64,000 bases of DNA, from the IMG/VR virus record IMGVR_UViG_2563366911_000001; one strand, 5' to 3'. Of this stretch, positions 41,471 through 51,148 are shown piece after piece. How positions within the stretch are numbered: position 1 is the first letter of the stretch; each line of letters begins with the position of its first letter. Position numbers and translations under genes: made by a program. The stretch is from a virus (taxonomy: Duplodnaviria; Heunggongvirae; Uroviricota; Caudoviricetes). A model generated the notes under the pieces. That model worked only from the letters and a program-made list of their open reading frames with translations, was not told the origin of the DNA and did no database searches.

Positions 41471-42183
41471 TGATTCACCTCCTGCGGCGGTTCTGGTAGC
41501 GGCATCCAGTGTGACGGTTTCCACGACGCACCAGGAATTATCCACCCATCATTAGCGTCAGGATGCCCGGGGATGTAAGTAGCCCATTTCATTCGCCAGT
41601 CACCTTTCCTGTCAAACTCCACGGCAACAAGAACGGCTGTTTTGGTATTCGGCATTCGCTCACTACAGCTTATCCAACCATCCGGAGTTGCCGGAGAGTT
41701 GCCCGATAGCTGGTTCAACTTGTAAGTTTGGCTTACAGGTTCGGCACCATGAAGCATGGCGTCGCTCCGCTCTATGCCATCCAGCGCGATTCGCAGTGCC
41801 TGAATTGTGGTAGAGCTATCGTTTGGGGCTATTCCATATCGCTCGAATACAGCTAAATGGTTGCGCATAATCTCAGGCGTAAGCTCTTTGTAAGCATAAG
41901 CAAGAGGCTCTGATGCATTATCCGGCACAACCGACGCAGGCGCGGCAGCATAAACAGGAATAACGTCCGCTTGCTCTTTATTGCTTTCATCCGTTAAAGA
42001 CCAGAATAATTTCCCGGCCGGATGTTTGAAAATATAAGCAACTGGATCTGCTTCCAGCGATGCCAGCGCAATTCGTGCCAGTTCTTCCGCTTCTTCTGCT
42101 GGCAGTACAACGTTGCTACCAGGTCCGTATGTTTCGCGCCACTGCTTGATTGTCAGTAGTCGCTCTTTGGTAATAGTGATCAT
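41467..42183 (-). CDS. DUF551-type prophage protein
   Basis: C-terminal ...SHWMPLPEPP; N-terminus paralogous to 43058-43420. Confidence 0.55.
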   Translation of the reverse strand: MITITKERLLTIKQWRETYGPGSNVVLPAEEAEELARIALASLEADPVAYIFKHPAGKLFWSLTDESNKEQADVIPVYAAAPASVVPDNASEPLAYAYKELTPEIMRNHLAVFERYGIAPNDSSTTIQALRIALDGIERSDAMLHGAEPVSQTYKLNQLSGNSPATPDGWISCSERMPNTKTAVLVAVEFDRKGDWRMKWATYIPGHPDANDGWIIPGASWKPSHWMPLPEPPQEVNQ

Positions 42184-42698
42184 GCCGCGTTTCCTTCTTT
42201 CTTATTAACAATTACACCGTCATATATTTCATTAAGGTGCCCTCTCAACTCCATGCGCCTTAATGCAGATAACATGTAATCGCATTCAACCTGCTTATTC
42301 CCAATAAAAGGTTTATCTTCAGGGTTACCCCAACAGCAATTCCCCTTGGGCCATCCATGTACTTTCCGTACTCTTCCGTTAACAACGTGAAGTAATCCCC
42401 AGCCGGGAGGTAAATCCTCAACTGAAATAATTCCCGGCTCACTAATAAAGAATCGCCAGTCGCCCATTCCAAGAGACGGATTTTTACGAAAACGCTTTTT
42501 TCTATCTGCCAACAAGTCAGCACGAGAACACTTCGCCTCTATCAGGCATGATGCTGAATTTCTGAATCCCATAGCATCTGGCTGTTCTCCGGTACTGGTT
42601 ACAGCTATAAAGCGGTCATGAAAACAAACCTTGAACCCGTTGCGCTTAAGGAACTTATACGCAATCTGACAGAGTTCGCGGTGTGTTAACGCCATATC
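42180..42698 (-). CDS. PD-(D/E)xK / VRR-NUC-like nuclease
   Basis: QPDAMGF...LIEAKCSRAD; start at MALTH with SD aaggag. Confidence 0.5.
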   Translation of the reverse strand, partial: DMALTHRELCQIAYKFLKRNGFKVCFHDRFIAVTSTGEQPDAMGFRNSASCLIEAKCSRADLLADRKKRFRKNPSLGMGDWRFFISEPGIISVEDLPPGWGLLHVVNGRVRKVHGWPKGNCCWGNPEDKPFIGNKQVECDYMLSALRRMELRGHLNEIYDGVIVNKKEGNAA

Positions 42699-42881
42699 AC
42701 TCTCCTTTAGTGCGCAAGTGGTTTTTCCAGCGGTTTTGCGCCGCACTGGGCTTTTTGCAACAACTGTGACCCATCACCCCGCAACACCCCGCCAACCTCA
42801 CTCGTCTGTTACTAATCCTCAACCAGCGCCAGATCCCAACACCGTTTCTGCGAGCTAACAGAATCTTTGCCTTACGGTTTT

Positions 42882-43058
42882 TCATCGCTTTGCTCTCCTG
42901 CGTCTCTTTGCTGCTCGTCGTGCCGCTGCAATACCGGTATGGCGGCGCTTTGGTGCCGGGATGATGTTGTCAGCCATCAGGACATGTGGCTTTGCAATTA
43001 GCGCAGAAGCCCAAAAACGAGTCGGGTACGGTAACAAGCCGAAAAATGCCACACGCAT
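42882..43058 (-). CDS. 58-aa hydrophobic-N, Arg-rich-C microprotein
   Basis: SD ggaggtgag; TAATG overlap with the upstream stop; not in the ORF track. Confidence 0.4.
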   Translation of the reverse strand: MRVAFFGLLPYPTRFWASALIAKPHVLMADNIIPAPKRRHTGIAAARRAAKRRRRAKR

Positions 43059-43420
43059 TACTCACCTCCCTTACCCTGAAGCATGGCAGCGCGGCAGGCG
43101 TTCCAGCCATCAACATAATCAAACGTATTGCTATCGTCTGGCTCGATTTCATCCGGCACTACCGGCTCTGGTTGGATAGTGACGTTGGCAAAGGCAGCAC
43201 GCAAACCGGCCTTAATTTCCTCTACTTCATCAGCGCCTAGCGATGAATCTGACAATGCGTGATGGAATGCGTAAGCCATGTCGTCGTTTACTGCAACCGG
43301 TTCGGCTTCCAGTGATGCCAGCGCAATTCGTGCCAGTTCCATTTGTTCGCCACGGGTAAGCCCGTTATCAAGCGGATTTTTAATGAATAATTCGATACGT
43401 TCTTTGGTAATAGTGGTCAT
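43058..43420 (-). CDS. Small acidic prophage protein
   Basis: 120 aa, paralog of the N-terminus of 41467-42183. Confidence 0.5.
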   Translation of the reverse strand: MTTITKERIELFIKNPLDNGLTRGEQMELARIALASLEAEPVAVNDDMAYAFHHALSDSSLGADEVEEIKAGLRAAFANVTIQPEPVVPDEIEPDDSNTFDYVDGWNACRAAMLQGKGGE

Positions 43421-43626
43421 TTGTTAATCCTCAAAACTTTATGCCCGGGCGCAAAAGCACGTGTTTTGTCTTTACTTATTCGCCACCCGTCTTTACGGGC
43501 CTCTTTTGCACAACCAGACCATGACGTACCGATATACTCACCGAAGTCTGGCACTGGATATACACCTTCCGTACACTGGCGGCAGTCACAATAGAGATGC
43601 ATGGTGTAACTTGCAGCGATAGCCAT
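43417..43626 (-). CDS. Small Cys-rich protein
   Basis: 69 aa from MAIAASY; C..C..C. Confidence 0.45.
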   Translation of the reverse strand: MAIAASYTMHLYCDCRQCTEGVYPVPDFGEYIGTSWSGCAKEARKDGWRISKDKTRAFAPGHKVLRINK

Positions 43627-43627
43627 A

Positions 43628-44260
43628 TCACTCTCCTTTGATGCGAATGCCAGGGGCGCGTGGCACATTAACTTCCACGATGCGCACAGTTGGTTTGTAC
43701 ATCTCAATCGCAGTCAGCCAGTCAGCGCCAGTCATGCGCTTTTCTGCATCGCCATTAGTCCACTTAACCGGTACACCAATAGCCTTCATCGCGATTTCTA
43801 TTTCCCCGGCAATGGCGCTTTTTCCGCAACCAGTAAAACCAGATACAACGACCAGAACTTCACCTTTGGCTGGTTTTATTTCCCGCTCCTCCAGTTCAGC
43901 AATGCGCTTACTCCCATCCGAGATAACACCTTCGTAATACTCACGCTGCTCGTTGAGTTTTGATTTTGTCTCCTCAAGCTCAACTCTCAGCTTCCCAACC
44001 GTAAGCGCAATATCCTCGTTCTCCTGGTCGCGGGATTTGATGTATTGCTGGTTCCTTTCCCGTTCATCCAGTAGTGCCAGCACGGTTTCTGGTCCGGCCA
44101 GAAATTTGAAGGCGTTGAGCGCATCAATATCCACACCGTAATCTTTAAGTTCCTGTTCACTTAACAAATCATCATCAGCTGGCAACATTAACAGGCGTTC
44201 CATTGCTGGAATTGCACGTTCCGCCACCTCACGCAGTGCCTGGTAATTAATTTCGCTCAC
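43628..44260 (-). CDS. Ead/Ea22-like protein (copy 1)
   Basis: MSEINYQALREVAERA...; coiled-coil middle. Confidence 0.55.
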   Translation of the reverse strand: MSEINYQALREVAERAIPAMERLLMLPADDDLLSEQELKDYGVDIDALNAFKFLAGPETVLALLDERERNQQYIKSRDQENEDIALTVGKLRVELEETKSKLNEQREYYEGVISDGSKRIAELEEREIKPAKGEVLVVVSGFTGCGKSAIAGEIEIAMKAIGVPVKWTNGDAEKRMTGADWLTAIEMYKPTVRIVEVNVPRAPGIRIKGE

Positions 44261-44970
44261 TGGTTGCCTCCTTTGCGAAGCTGGGCAGCAAAGTCAACTA
44301 ACCACTCAGTCATTTCAACCTTCCCTACCAGGTCTGAACCAGGGTGCATACAGCAATCACTCTGCGCCGCTTTGAAATCCTTACACTCATATTCTTGGGC
44401 CACCAGATTTTTTGCAGCTTCTATAGCAGCATCCACCCCCTGCGCCCGCACTTCAGACAGGAAAGCATCGGTGGCTGGAATTTGCGGCATCCCTCCGTCT
44501 GTTGCGCAGATATACGCATCAGATATTTCATCCTGCCGGCCATCAAACACGTAGCAACAGCCCCTGATAAACAGCTTCATGGAGGCATTCTCCACTGCCA
44601 GCGCCGTGCGATTACCCTCCAGCTCTGCAATGCGCTGTTTTGCGGCATCCAGTTCAATCGACAATTTTTCCAACTGCTCTTGATGCTTCTTGTATTCCTG
44701 ATATGCGTGCCAAGACTGACCTTTGCGCACACTATTAGTGATATCAGTAATCTGTTCTGGTGTTAGCGTGGTCAGTGGCTGTGATGGGAAAATAAGCACT
44801 TTCCCGGAATCCCAATCAAAACCAGCGTGAATTGACTGAACCTCAACTGAAGGTGTTGAACCAATGCTGCCAGGCGAATGAACAACGATTGTTACATCCA
44901 TATCGCGACGATGGCTGTGGTTGTTGGACAAAATACGATTCACCAACTCAGAAAATTTGGAAAATTTCAT
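44257..44970 (-). CDS. Ead/Ea22-like protein (copy 2)
   Basis: Shares ...IPATDAFL(S/A)E(V/I)RA... with copy 3. Confidence 0.55.
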   Translation of the reverse strand: MKFSKFSELVNRILSNNHSHRRDMDVTIVVHSPGSIGSTPSVEVQSIHAGFDWDSGKVLIFPSQPLTTLTPEQITDITNSVRKGQSWHAYQEYKKHQEQLEKLSIELDAAKQRIAELEGNRTALAVENASMKLFIRGCCYVFDGRQDEISDAYICATDGGMPQIPATDAFLSEVRAQGVDAAIEAAKNLVAQEYECKDFKAAQSDCCMHPGSDLVGKVEMTEWLVDFAAQLRKGGNQ

Positions 44971-45290
44971 GCTGATTCCCCTTTCTCTGCTCTCTCCTGT
45001 CGGAACATCACTATCATCAGGTCGCCTTTTGTCGCTATCCTGGCTGTTGTACCTGGTTCAATGCGGCTAAGCTCAAATGCGTCATAGAACGCTTCTAATG
45101 CCTTCTGGCGTAGTTCCTGTTTGCGCCGTTTTTTCCACTGTTTTAGGAAAATGGAACCCAGCCATCGCCATGTGCGGGACATGATGTAAAGCCAACCGAG
45201 AAGTGCCAGACCGGTATTTAGGAGCGTATCGATCGTTATTGTCGTGTCGATATTCACTGGCTGCTTCCTTTGCGAATCTGTTCCGCCCAT
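44967..45290 (-). CDS. Small membrane/basic protein
   Basis: 107 aa as drawn; true start may be MSRTWRW. Confidence 0.4.
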   Translation of the reverse strand: MGGTDSQRKQPVNIDTTITIDTLLNTGLALLGWLYIMSRTWRWLGSIFLKQWKKRRKQELRQKALEAFYDAFELSRIEPGTTARIATKGDLMIVMFRQERAEKGESA

Positions 45291-45961
45291 TCTTCAAGGG
45301 ATTTCTCCGCATATTCACCAGACAGGCCATCAATCGGATGCGCTTCATTAGCCAACTCTTCTTTCGCTGACAAAATCATGCGTGTAACGTCGAAAACTTC
45401 ACGCAAAGACTTATTGATAAATCCGTGATTGAACGCAGCAGCAAGACGGCTGGCGGTATAGTTAATCCCCTCGTTGCGTGCTTCCGCACGAATTTCAGCC
45501 AGAAAAGCATCGGTAGCTGGAGTTTCGCTGTGGTGTAGGGCATCGTTGATAATCATTGCAGCAACACCAGCCTGCCCTGCATCCGTGACCGACACATGCT
45601 CAAGAGTTACGGCCATTGCGTGTTTCAGCCCGGCGTTCTCTGCCACCAGCGCAGCGAGATTAGTCTCAAGCTCTGAAATTCGGCACGTGGCATCAATATT
45701 TGTGTCCTCCAAGCACTTAATTTCACCAAGCAGCTCCAGTGCAACCTTTGGGTTGAACGCGGCAACATGACGAGCGTTGTTCTCTGCATTTTTCTGTCCA
45801 TCAAAGCCGGTCCATTTGATAACGTCTTCACATCGTTCATCACCGGGCGTGTGCACCGCATAAGTACCAGTATCCGTCGAAATAAATGCGACCCATTCGT
45901 CTGGTGTTGCCTTTTCTGCCGCCTCACGCAGTACCTGATAGTCAATTGTCATTCTCGCCAT
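45254..45961 (-). CDS. Ead/Ea22-like protein (copy 3)
   Basis: MARMTIDYQVLREAAEKATP... Confidence 0.55.
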   Translation of the reverse strand: MARMTIDYQVLREAAEKATPDEWVAFISTDTGTYAVHTPGDERCEDVIKWTGFDGQKNAENNARHVAAFNPKVALELLGEIKCLEDTNIDATCRISELETNLAALVAENAGLKHAMAVTLEHVSVTDAGQAGVAAMIINDALHHSETPATDAFLAEIRAEARNEGINYTASRLAAAFNHGFINKSLREVFDVTRMILSAKEELANEAHPIDGLSGEYAEKSLEEWAEQIRKGSSQ

Positions 45962-46593
45962 CCTTCACAGTTGTAATCACTACAGCCTTCAAAATCATAT
46001 GGGCTGTACTGCCAGGTTATTTTTCCGCAATGCGGACAATTCCAACGCACCTTCCCGCTTCGCGACTTCTTTCTTCTGTTCTGCTCTTTCAACCAGTCAG
46101 GCATGACCAAACCTGCGCCCTGAACCATTGTTCTGCGGTTAAAGTTATTGATATTGAACGTCCGGCGCTTTGCTGCATCAGCAATGGAAAATGGCAACCA
46201 AACTATTCCTGGTTCGTTTTTGTTGGCGACGCTAAAGATGGTCGCTTTACTGAAGTCATCTGTTGGCAATCCACCGTGTTGAAGCCAGTAAACATCGTTG
46301 CCGTTCCAGCTACCTTTTTTGTAGGCCACATACGCAGTGCAATCTGACTCAATCAGGCTTTCTGTAGGGATGTACTGGCAATCAACGTGCCACACAGCCA
46401 TTGCATCCACACTATCGGCACAAACAGGCTGATCGATATCTCGCCCACAATTCCAGGCTTTTTGGGCTTCTTCCAGCGTGTAAACATGAGCGCGATCGAT
46501 ATCAGAACTGTAACCATTGCCGTTATGGCAATGGAATGAGGCGTTATTACCCACAGTTTCACGCAAGCACATCATGTAAAAACGGTTACTCAC
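45949..46593 (-). CDS. Hypothetical protein with C-terminal zinc ribbon
   Basis: 214 aa, CPHCG...C..C. Confidence 0.5.
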   Translation of the reverse strand: MSNRFYMMCLRETVGNNASFHCHNGNGYSSDIDRAHVYTLEEAQKAWNCGRDIDQPVCADSVDAMAVWHVDCQYIPTESLIESDCTAYVAYKKGSWNGNDVYWLQHGGLPTDDFSKATIFSVANKNEPGIVWLPFSIADAAKRRTFNINNFNRRTMVQGAGLVMPDWLKEQNRRKKSRSGKVRWNCPHCGKITWQYSPYDFEGCSDYNCEGWRE

Positions 46594-46870
46594 TGGTTGC
46601 CTCCGCTTCCCACGTTTTCAGACTTTCACCACAGAACGGGCAAAATGAAACTCGAATAGGCGATTTAGAAAATTCACCAGACCGCAGCATGATCAGGTCT
46701 CGTGAATGAATTAATTCATGGTTATAGATTTTGTATTTCAGCAGACCTTTTCGCGTCGTGTATTCAGCGTCATGCTCCAGGGATTGTGCCAACGCCGCGC
46801 ACGGTTCTATCTTGTTGCCATTAATTTGGCATTTTGACTCACTCACTGGTTGCCCCCTGAATACGCTCAA
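46586..46870 (-). CDS. Small zinc-finger protein
   Basis: 94 aa, C..C / CPFCG. Confidence 0.45.
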   Translation of the reverse strand: MSVFRGQPVSESKCQINGNKIEPCAALAQSLEHDAEYTTRKGLLKYKIYNHELIHSRDLIMLRSGEFSKSPIRVSFCPFCGESLKTWEAEATSE

Positions 46871-47420
46871 ACTCGATTACCCACACCCAGGGATTAGCGT
46901 TCCAACTATCTTCGCCATAAATTGATTTCCATAGGCTACGGAAACCTGGGTAATGCTTATCGCCAATGAGGGTCGATTCTGTTGGTGCGCCCTCAGTCCT
47001 TGCATCGCATTCGCTGATATCGTTCAACCGCTCAACGCGCACGTTGGTAATTTCCAGAAGAATGCGCGATGCCCAGCGCGGCATGTGAATTGATGGCGTC
47101 CACTTTTCTGATACTGGTTTATTACAAACCTCGACCGGAACCCGGTGCGTTTGTTCTGTCCAGGAGTTACGCACACTTGCGCGATAAACCAGCGTTGCGA
47201 CGTCCGTCGCTTTGCCATGTACCCGGTAGGTTTCGCGAACCCAAATACGATCGCCCGGTTGACCATATGGACAATGCTTGGCAAGCAACTCTGCGGCCAC
47301 TGCCCGTCCATAGAATTTTTCTTCAACAATCCTGCGAGTCTGTGTTTTATTCCCGCCAAGAATTGCCCGGACCATCTCATCGTTAAAAATCATGCCGCGC
47401 TCTTTCACTTCGCCTTTCAT
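46839..47420 (-). CDS. ASCH/PUA-like domain protein
   Basis: N-terminus MIFNDEMVRAILGGNKTQTRR. Confidence 0.45.
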   Translation of the reverse strand: MKGEVKERGMIFNDEMVRAILGGNKTQTRRIVEEKFYGRAVAAELLAKHCPYGQPGDRIWVRETYRVHGKATDVATLVYRASVRNSWTEQTHRVPVEVCNKPVSEKWTPSIHMPRWASRILLEITNVRVERLNDISECDARTEGAPTESTLIGDKHYPGFRSLWKSIYGEDSWNANPWVWVIEFERIQGATSE

Positions 47421-47429
47421 GCATCCCCC

Positions 47430-47516
47430 TTACCCATGTGCGACGATGCCGCCAAAAGTGATAGAGAACAGCCAGAAATAGATCGCGGCCATAATGATTT
47501 TGAATGCCGTGTTCAT
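47430..47516 (-). CDS. 28-aa membrane microprotein
   Basis: MNTAFKIIMAAIYFWLFSITFGGIVAHG; SD aggag; stop 9 nt before the next start. Confidence 0.35.
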   Translation of the reverse strand: MNTAFKIIMAAIYFWLFSITFGGIVAHG

Positions 47517-47598
47517 ATTTTCAGCTCCTGTGATTGATTGGATACATGCCGCGCCTTGCGGCATGTTTTTATTTTCACTTTCTCTGTTTTAAAAATCA

Positions 47599-47615
47599 AG
47601 ATTTATTAGAGCAAT
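47599..47615. promoter_or_regulatory. C1 operator (1 mismatch)
   Basis: agatttattagagcaat. Confidence 0.8.
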
Positions 47616-48121
47616 TATTGTTGATGAAGAAGCGCGTTTTCATACTCCCTGACCATTAACGTAAGTACGCCGTGACTCCTGAAAATACGCGCCACTTCAA
47701 TCTTATCTTCCAGCGCGAACGCGATTTTACTTAGACCAATTTTCTTAAGGAGATCAATCTTTGCTGGGCCGTCATTTCTGTCATCGGTGGCAGGACGCAT
47801 AGATAGCAAAGGCTCAGCCCCGTTTGTTACGTACTTCCGCAGCCAGGCTCGTGTTTTATCCCTTGCGATCTCACAGCGCCCAGTTACAAACCAGACCGTG
47901 TAAACGTTAAATAACTGGCGCACCATATCAATAACTGGAGTGATGGGTGTATCGGTGTCACAGGCGAGATTAAACTCGTTCCAGTCCTTTGTTAATGCAC
48001 CTTTACCTGGTGGCGGAAGCAAATGCAGTCTGTCTTCAGTTGCCTCTGATATTGTTCCATCAATATCGACTATGACGATATACGGACGTTCCTGGCGTGC
48101 GTGTTTATTGAAAATACTCAA
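47615..48121 (-). CDS. HAD-superfamily phosphatase (Pnk 3'-phosphatase-like)
   Basis: Motif I VDIDGT near the N-terminus; 168 aa. Confidence 0.6.
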   Translation of the reverse strand: MSIFNKHARQERPYIVIVDIDGTISEATEDRLHLLPPPGKGALTKDWNEFNLACDTDTPITPVIDMVRQLFNVYTVWFVTGRCEIARDKTRAWLRKYVTNGAEPLLSMRPATDDRNDGPAKIDLLKKIGLSKIAFALEDKIEVARIFRSHGVLTLMVREYENALLHQQ

Positions 48122-48193
48122 ATGCCCTCCTCATTGGACGAAAAAAATGCTGGTGGGCGCACTCCACCAGCATTAAAAGTGACACTGTAACTA

Positions 48194-49456
48194 TCAGCGG
48201 ACGTAAATAGTGCCGCCGTTCTCTTTTTCCCATGCATCGCTACGTGCATAGCAAACATCGAGAAGTCTTCTTGCCGCTGTTTCCTCTAAACCCAATTCGA
48301 CAACCAACTGCTCATGACGGCGGGTAACCACATCAAACAGGGTATGCAGCCCTTTAGCTGCCAGATCATCAATAAATTCCGGTTCGAACGGCAGCTCTGC
48401 CTCTGCCAACATAACCTCTTGCGCCCACTCAACTCGACGGACTAGTTCCGGGCGGCGGCTTTCCATCTCTTTACAGATCAATTCATGGAAGAACTCTACC
48501 CAACCTTCCGGCTGGAACTCGCGGAAAATGGCCAACGGCTGGAAGTTTGGCATCAACCATTCGTTGATCCGGATATCAATGGCATAGCCCATGTCGCAGC
48601 AGAACTGATAAGCAAAGTCCAGCTTAGAAACGATATAAGGACGCTCGTTATTGAACTCTTTAGGCGATGAGATCCCATAAGCCAGGAGGCGCGGGAAGAA
48701 GGAGATTTGCCCTAACGTCGGATGAAGTTTGCTTGCAGGGAAACGGCGCTCAGTAATGCCATACATTTCCTTCTTGAGCGTCGCAAATTTGGCATTCTCA
48801 TTAACCAGCGCGGTAACCTCTGCTTTTTTATTAGCAAATGCCACGCGCGCTTCGCTTGCATCTTTAATAGTTTTTTTGAGCTGTTGGTTAAGGTCGGCGA
48901 CCTGCTTACGCAGTTCCTGTCGCTCGCTTTTAGCTTTGTTATAGCGTTTCTCAAGGTTAAAAGGATCAAGTTTCATGATCTCTTTATATTGAGATTTTAG
49001 CGTTGAAATCTGTGAGTTCCGCAGTTCAACCATCGCGGTCATTTCATTGAGTTTTGTTTCCAGCTCAATGCTTATACGTTCGGCATTATCAGCACGCTGG
49101 TTGGCGTCATGTGTCGCATCGTCGATCGCGTCCTGTTGCTGGCGTTTCAAATGTTCAATTTGCAGCTGAAGCTCTTCAATTTCTTTACCCTTCAGACCGA
49201 GATCCAACTGCATATTTTCAGCTGCATCTACCAGGGAGTTATGGCTATCAGCTTCTGCGTTATAAACATCAATAAGCTGTGCGTGAAGCATCTCCGCTGA
49301 CTGAACCGCATTATCAAAAAAACGTGCTGTGAGGTCATCACAACTAACGCGGCGTTGCGCGGCCCGGATGTTCTGGATAATGGCCGGGATACCGGCATTC
49401 AGGACGTCAGGGATAGATACATTTTCGATTGATTGGTTTTGTGCTGAAGTGCTCAT
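48194..49456 (-). CDS. Coiled-coil protein with a C-terminal globular domain
   Basis: 420 aa, long heptad-rich middle. Confidence 0.5.
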   Translation of the reverse strand: MSTSAQNQSIENVSIPDVLNAGIPAIIQNIRAAQRRVSCDDLTARFFDNAVQSAEMLHAQLIDVYNAEADSHNSLVDAAENMQLDLGLKGKEIEELQLQIEHLKRQQQDAIDDATHDANQRADNAERISIELETKLNEMTAMVELRNSQISTLKSQYKEIMKLDPFNLEKRYNKAKSERQELRKQVADLNQQLKKTIKDASEARVAFANKKAEVTALVNENAKFATLKKEMYGITERRFPASKLHPTLGQISFFPRLLAYGISSPKEFNNERPYIVSKLDFAYQFCCDMGYAIDIRINEWLMPNFQPLAIFREFQPEGWVEFFHELICKEMESRRPELVRRVEWAQEVMLAEAELPFEPEFIDDLAAKGLHTLFDVVTRRHEQLVVELGLEETAARRLLDVCYARSDAWEKENGGTIYVR

Positions 49457-49457
49457 T

Positions 49458-49676
49458 TCAAAGTTCCGTATTAGCTTGTGCTTCGGTCATTTTTCCTAAG
49501 TATGAAGGTGGAAGGACTACGCAATTTGTATCCAGCCCCTCACCCAGGGCAGCCTGTAAAATTCTGGCTAAGGAGAGTCTCTTGTTGCGATACCGGGTGA
49601 TGACATGCCTGATATCGCCGGACGGCGTAACAAAGGCGATCAGCCAGTAGTGATATTTCCGTCGGAATGGCCACAT
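49458..49676 (-). CDS. Small protein, first gene after the C1 operators
   Basis: 72 aa. Confidence 0.4.
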   Translation of the reverse strand: MWPFRRKYHYWLIAFVTPSGDIRHVITRYRNKRLSLARILQAALGEGLDTNCVVLPPSYLGKMTEAQANTEL

Positions 49677-49690
49677 AGTGCACCTTATGG

Positions 49691-49707
49691 ATTGCTCTAA
49701 TAAAAAA
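49691..49707. promoter_or_regulatory. C1 operator
   Basis: attgctctaataaaaaa, core exact. Confidence 0.7.
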
Positions 49708-49735
49708 CGTGATGAGTGTACATCACGTTTTAAAA
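49706..49735. terminator. Bidirectional hairpin between the two operators
   Basis: aacgtgatg-agtgta-catcacgtt with flanking A and T tracts. Confidence 0.55.
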
Positions 49736-49739
49736 ATAT

Positions 49740-49756
49740 GGAATTATTAGAGCAAT
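49740..49756. promoter_or_regulatory. C1 operator (inverted partner)
   Basis: ggaattattagagcaat. Confidence 0.65.
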
Positions 49757-49757
49757 A

Positions 49758-50459
49758 TTATTCTGATTCTTGCTCAAAAAACGCGCTAATGAGAGGAAGC
49801 CAATCCTCTGACACTTCACGCGGTCGCGGTTTGCCATGGAAGAAGATTATTCGGCAGTCTTTTGGTAATGCCCCATTCCCCCTGGAGTAGCGCGCACTTG
49901 CATATTTCGAACCAGGTTCCACAACATCGGCCTTGTAACTTACAAACCATCCCGGATACAGATCCTGAAATGCTGGTGTATCATCGCCCATAACCTTCCG
50001 TAAGAACCCCTGATCACCCCAGCATTCAGTAGTAACACAACGAGCAATCCAACCTTCCGGATCTTGCCAGAATGCACTCCAGATATGCGCTTTTACACTA
50101 TTTGGTATCCACAGGGCACCGCTGCCACGATATTGTGGATGGTAAAAATCCCTAAGCATGGTGAAGCTGGTTGGTGGATGCTCTAGGATTGGGCGTATAT
50201 CACCGGCAATAACCGTGTCCAAATCCAGATAGAACAGATCATCGGTTATATCCGGTCGGAACAACTCTATTTTCGCCCACCAGCCACGGCACTTTTGCCA
50301 CTGGTTGATCAATGGGACAACTTTGACGCCAGGTACATGTAAACGCTTCAGGTCTGTCAGGCAAATAATTTCATAGCCTTTTGGCAGTTGATTAACCAGC
50401 CACTGCACATCGGAAGCGTTATAGTCACCACCAGAGCGAAAAACTAAAGCAATCTTCAT
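49758..50459 (-). CDS. DxD-motif protein, possibly a GT-A-like glycosyltransferase
   Basis: 233 aa with LDLDTV. Confidence 0.35.
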   Translation of the reverse strand: MKIALVFRSGGDYNASDVQWLVNQLPKGYEIICLTDLKRLHVPGVKVVPLINQWQKCRGWWAKIELFRPDITDDLFYLDLDTVIAGDIRPILEHPPTSFTMLRDFYHPQYRGSGALWIPNSVKAHIWSAFWQDPEGWIARCVTTECWGDQGFLRKVMGDDTPAFQDLYPGWFVSYKADVVEPGSKYASARYSRGNGALPKDCRIIFFHGKPRPREVSEDWLPLISAFFEQESE

Positions 50460-51148
50460 GCTGCACCATCACCTTTCACTTTCATCAATGTCAGGTTTCC
50501 GCAAAATACGGCACCAGTGTCGATATACTGCTGATTCCAGAATGTCTTCGGGCTTTTCACCGGAGTGTGACCAAAGATAAAACGATCTGCGCCCGAAATT
50601 TCGCCACCAATATCATCCATCGAATCACTGATACGCTCGCGCGCCCAGACAACGTTGAAAAGCGGCACCTCCTTACCGAATTGGTATTCATTATCCGGAT
50701 AGTCGGCATGGGCTATAACGATAGTTTCTTGCCCGGTGTTCAACTCAATGATATAGGGCAGACGCTTTACCAGCTCCACCAGCGCCCAGGCTAATATTTC
50801 CTGATCAGTGTCCAGCATGAAGAACCATTGTCCGCCATTCATTAGCCAGTTATTCACGTTGCCATCTGGACTTAACGCATCAATCATCAGCCGCTCATGG
50901 TTCCCCATCACTGCCCTGAACCAGGGCATCTGCAATAGTTCCAGACATTCGACATTTTCAGTACCGCGATCGATAAGGTCGCCGACCGATATCAGTAAAT
51001 CCTGCGCCGGGTCAAAATCCACACGATGGAGTTCGGACATCAGTCTGGTGTAGCAACCATGCAGATCACCAACAACCCAGACATTCCTGTATTTGGTACC
51101 GTCGATACGGTGATAAATTGTGGGTGCCATCATGTATTCTTCAGCCAT
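50456..51148 (-). CDS. Calcineurin-like metallophosphatase (Ser/Thr phosphatase or ApaH type)
   Basis: GDLHG, GDLIDRG and GNHE motifs. Confidence 0.85.
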   Translation of the reverse strand: MAEEYMMAPTIYHRIDGTKYRNVWVVGDLHGCYTRLMSELHRVDFDPAQDLLISVGDLIDRGTENVECLELLQMPWFRAVMGNHERLMIDALSPDGNVNNWLMNGGQWFFMLDTDQEILAWALVELVKRLPYIIELNTGQETIVIAHADYPDNEYQFGKEVPLFNVVWARERISDSMDDIGGEISGADRFIFGHTPVKSPKTFWNQQYIDTGAVFCGNLTLMKVKGDGAA

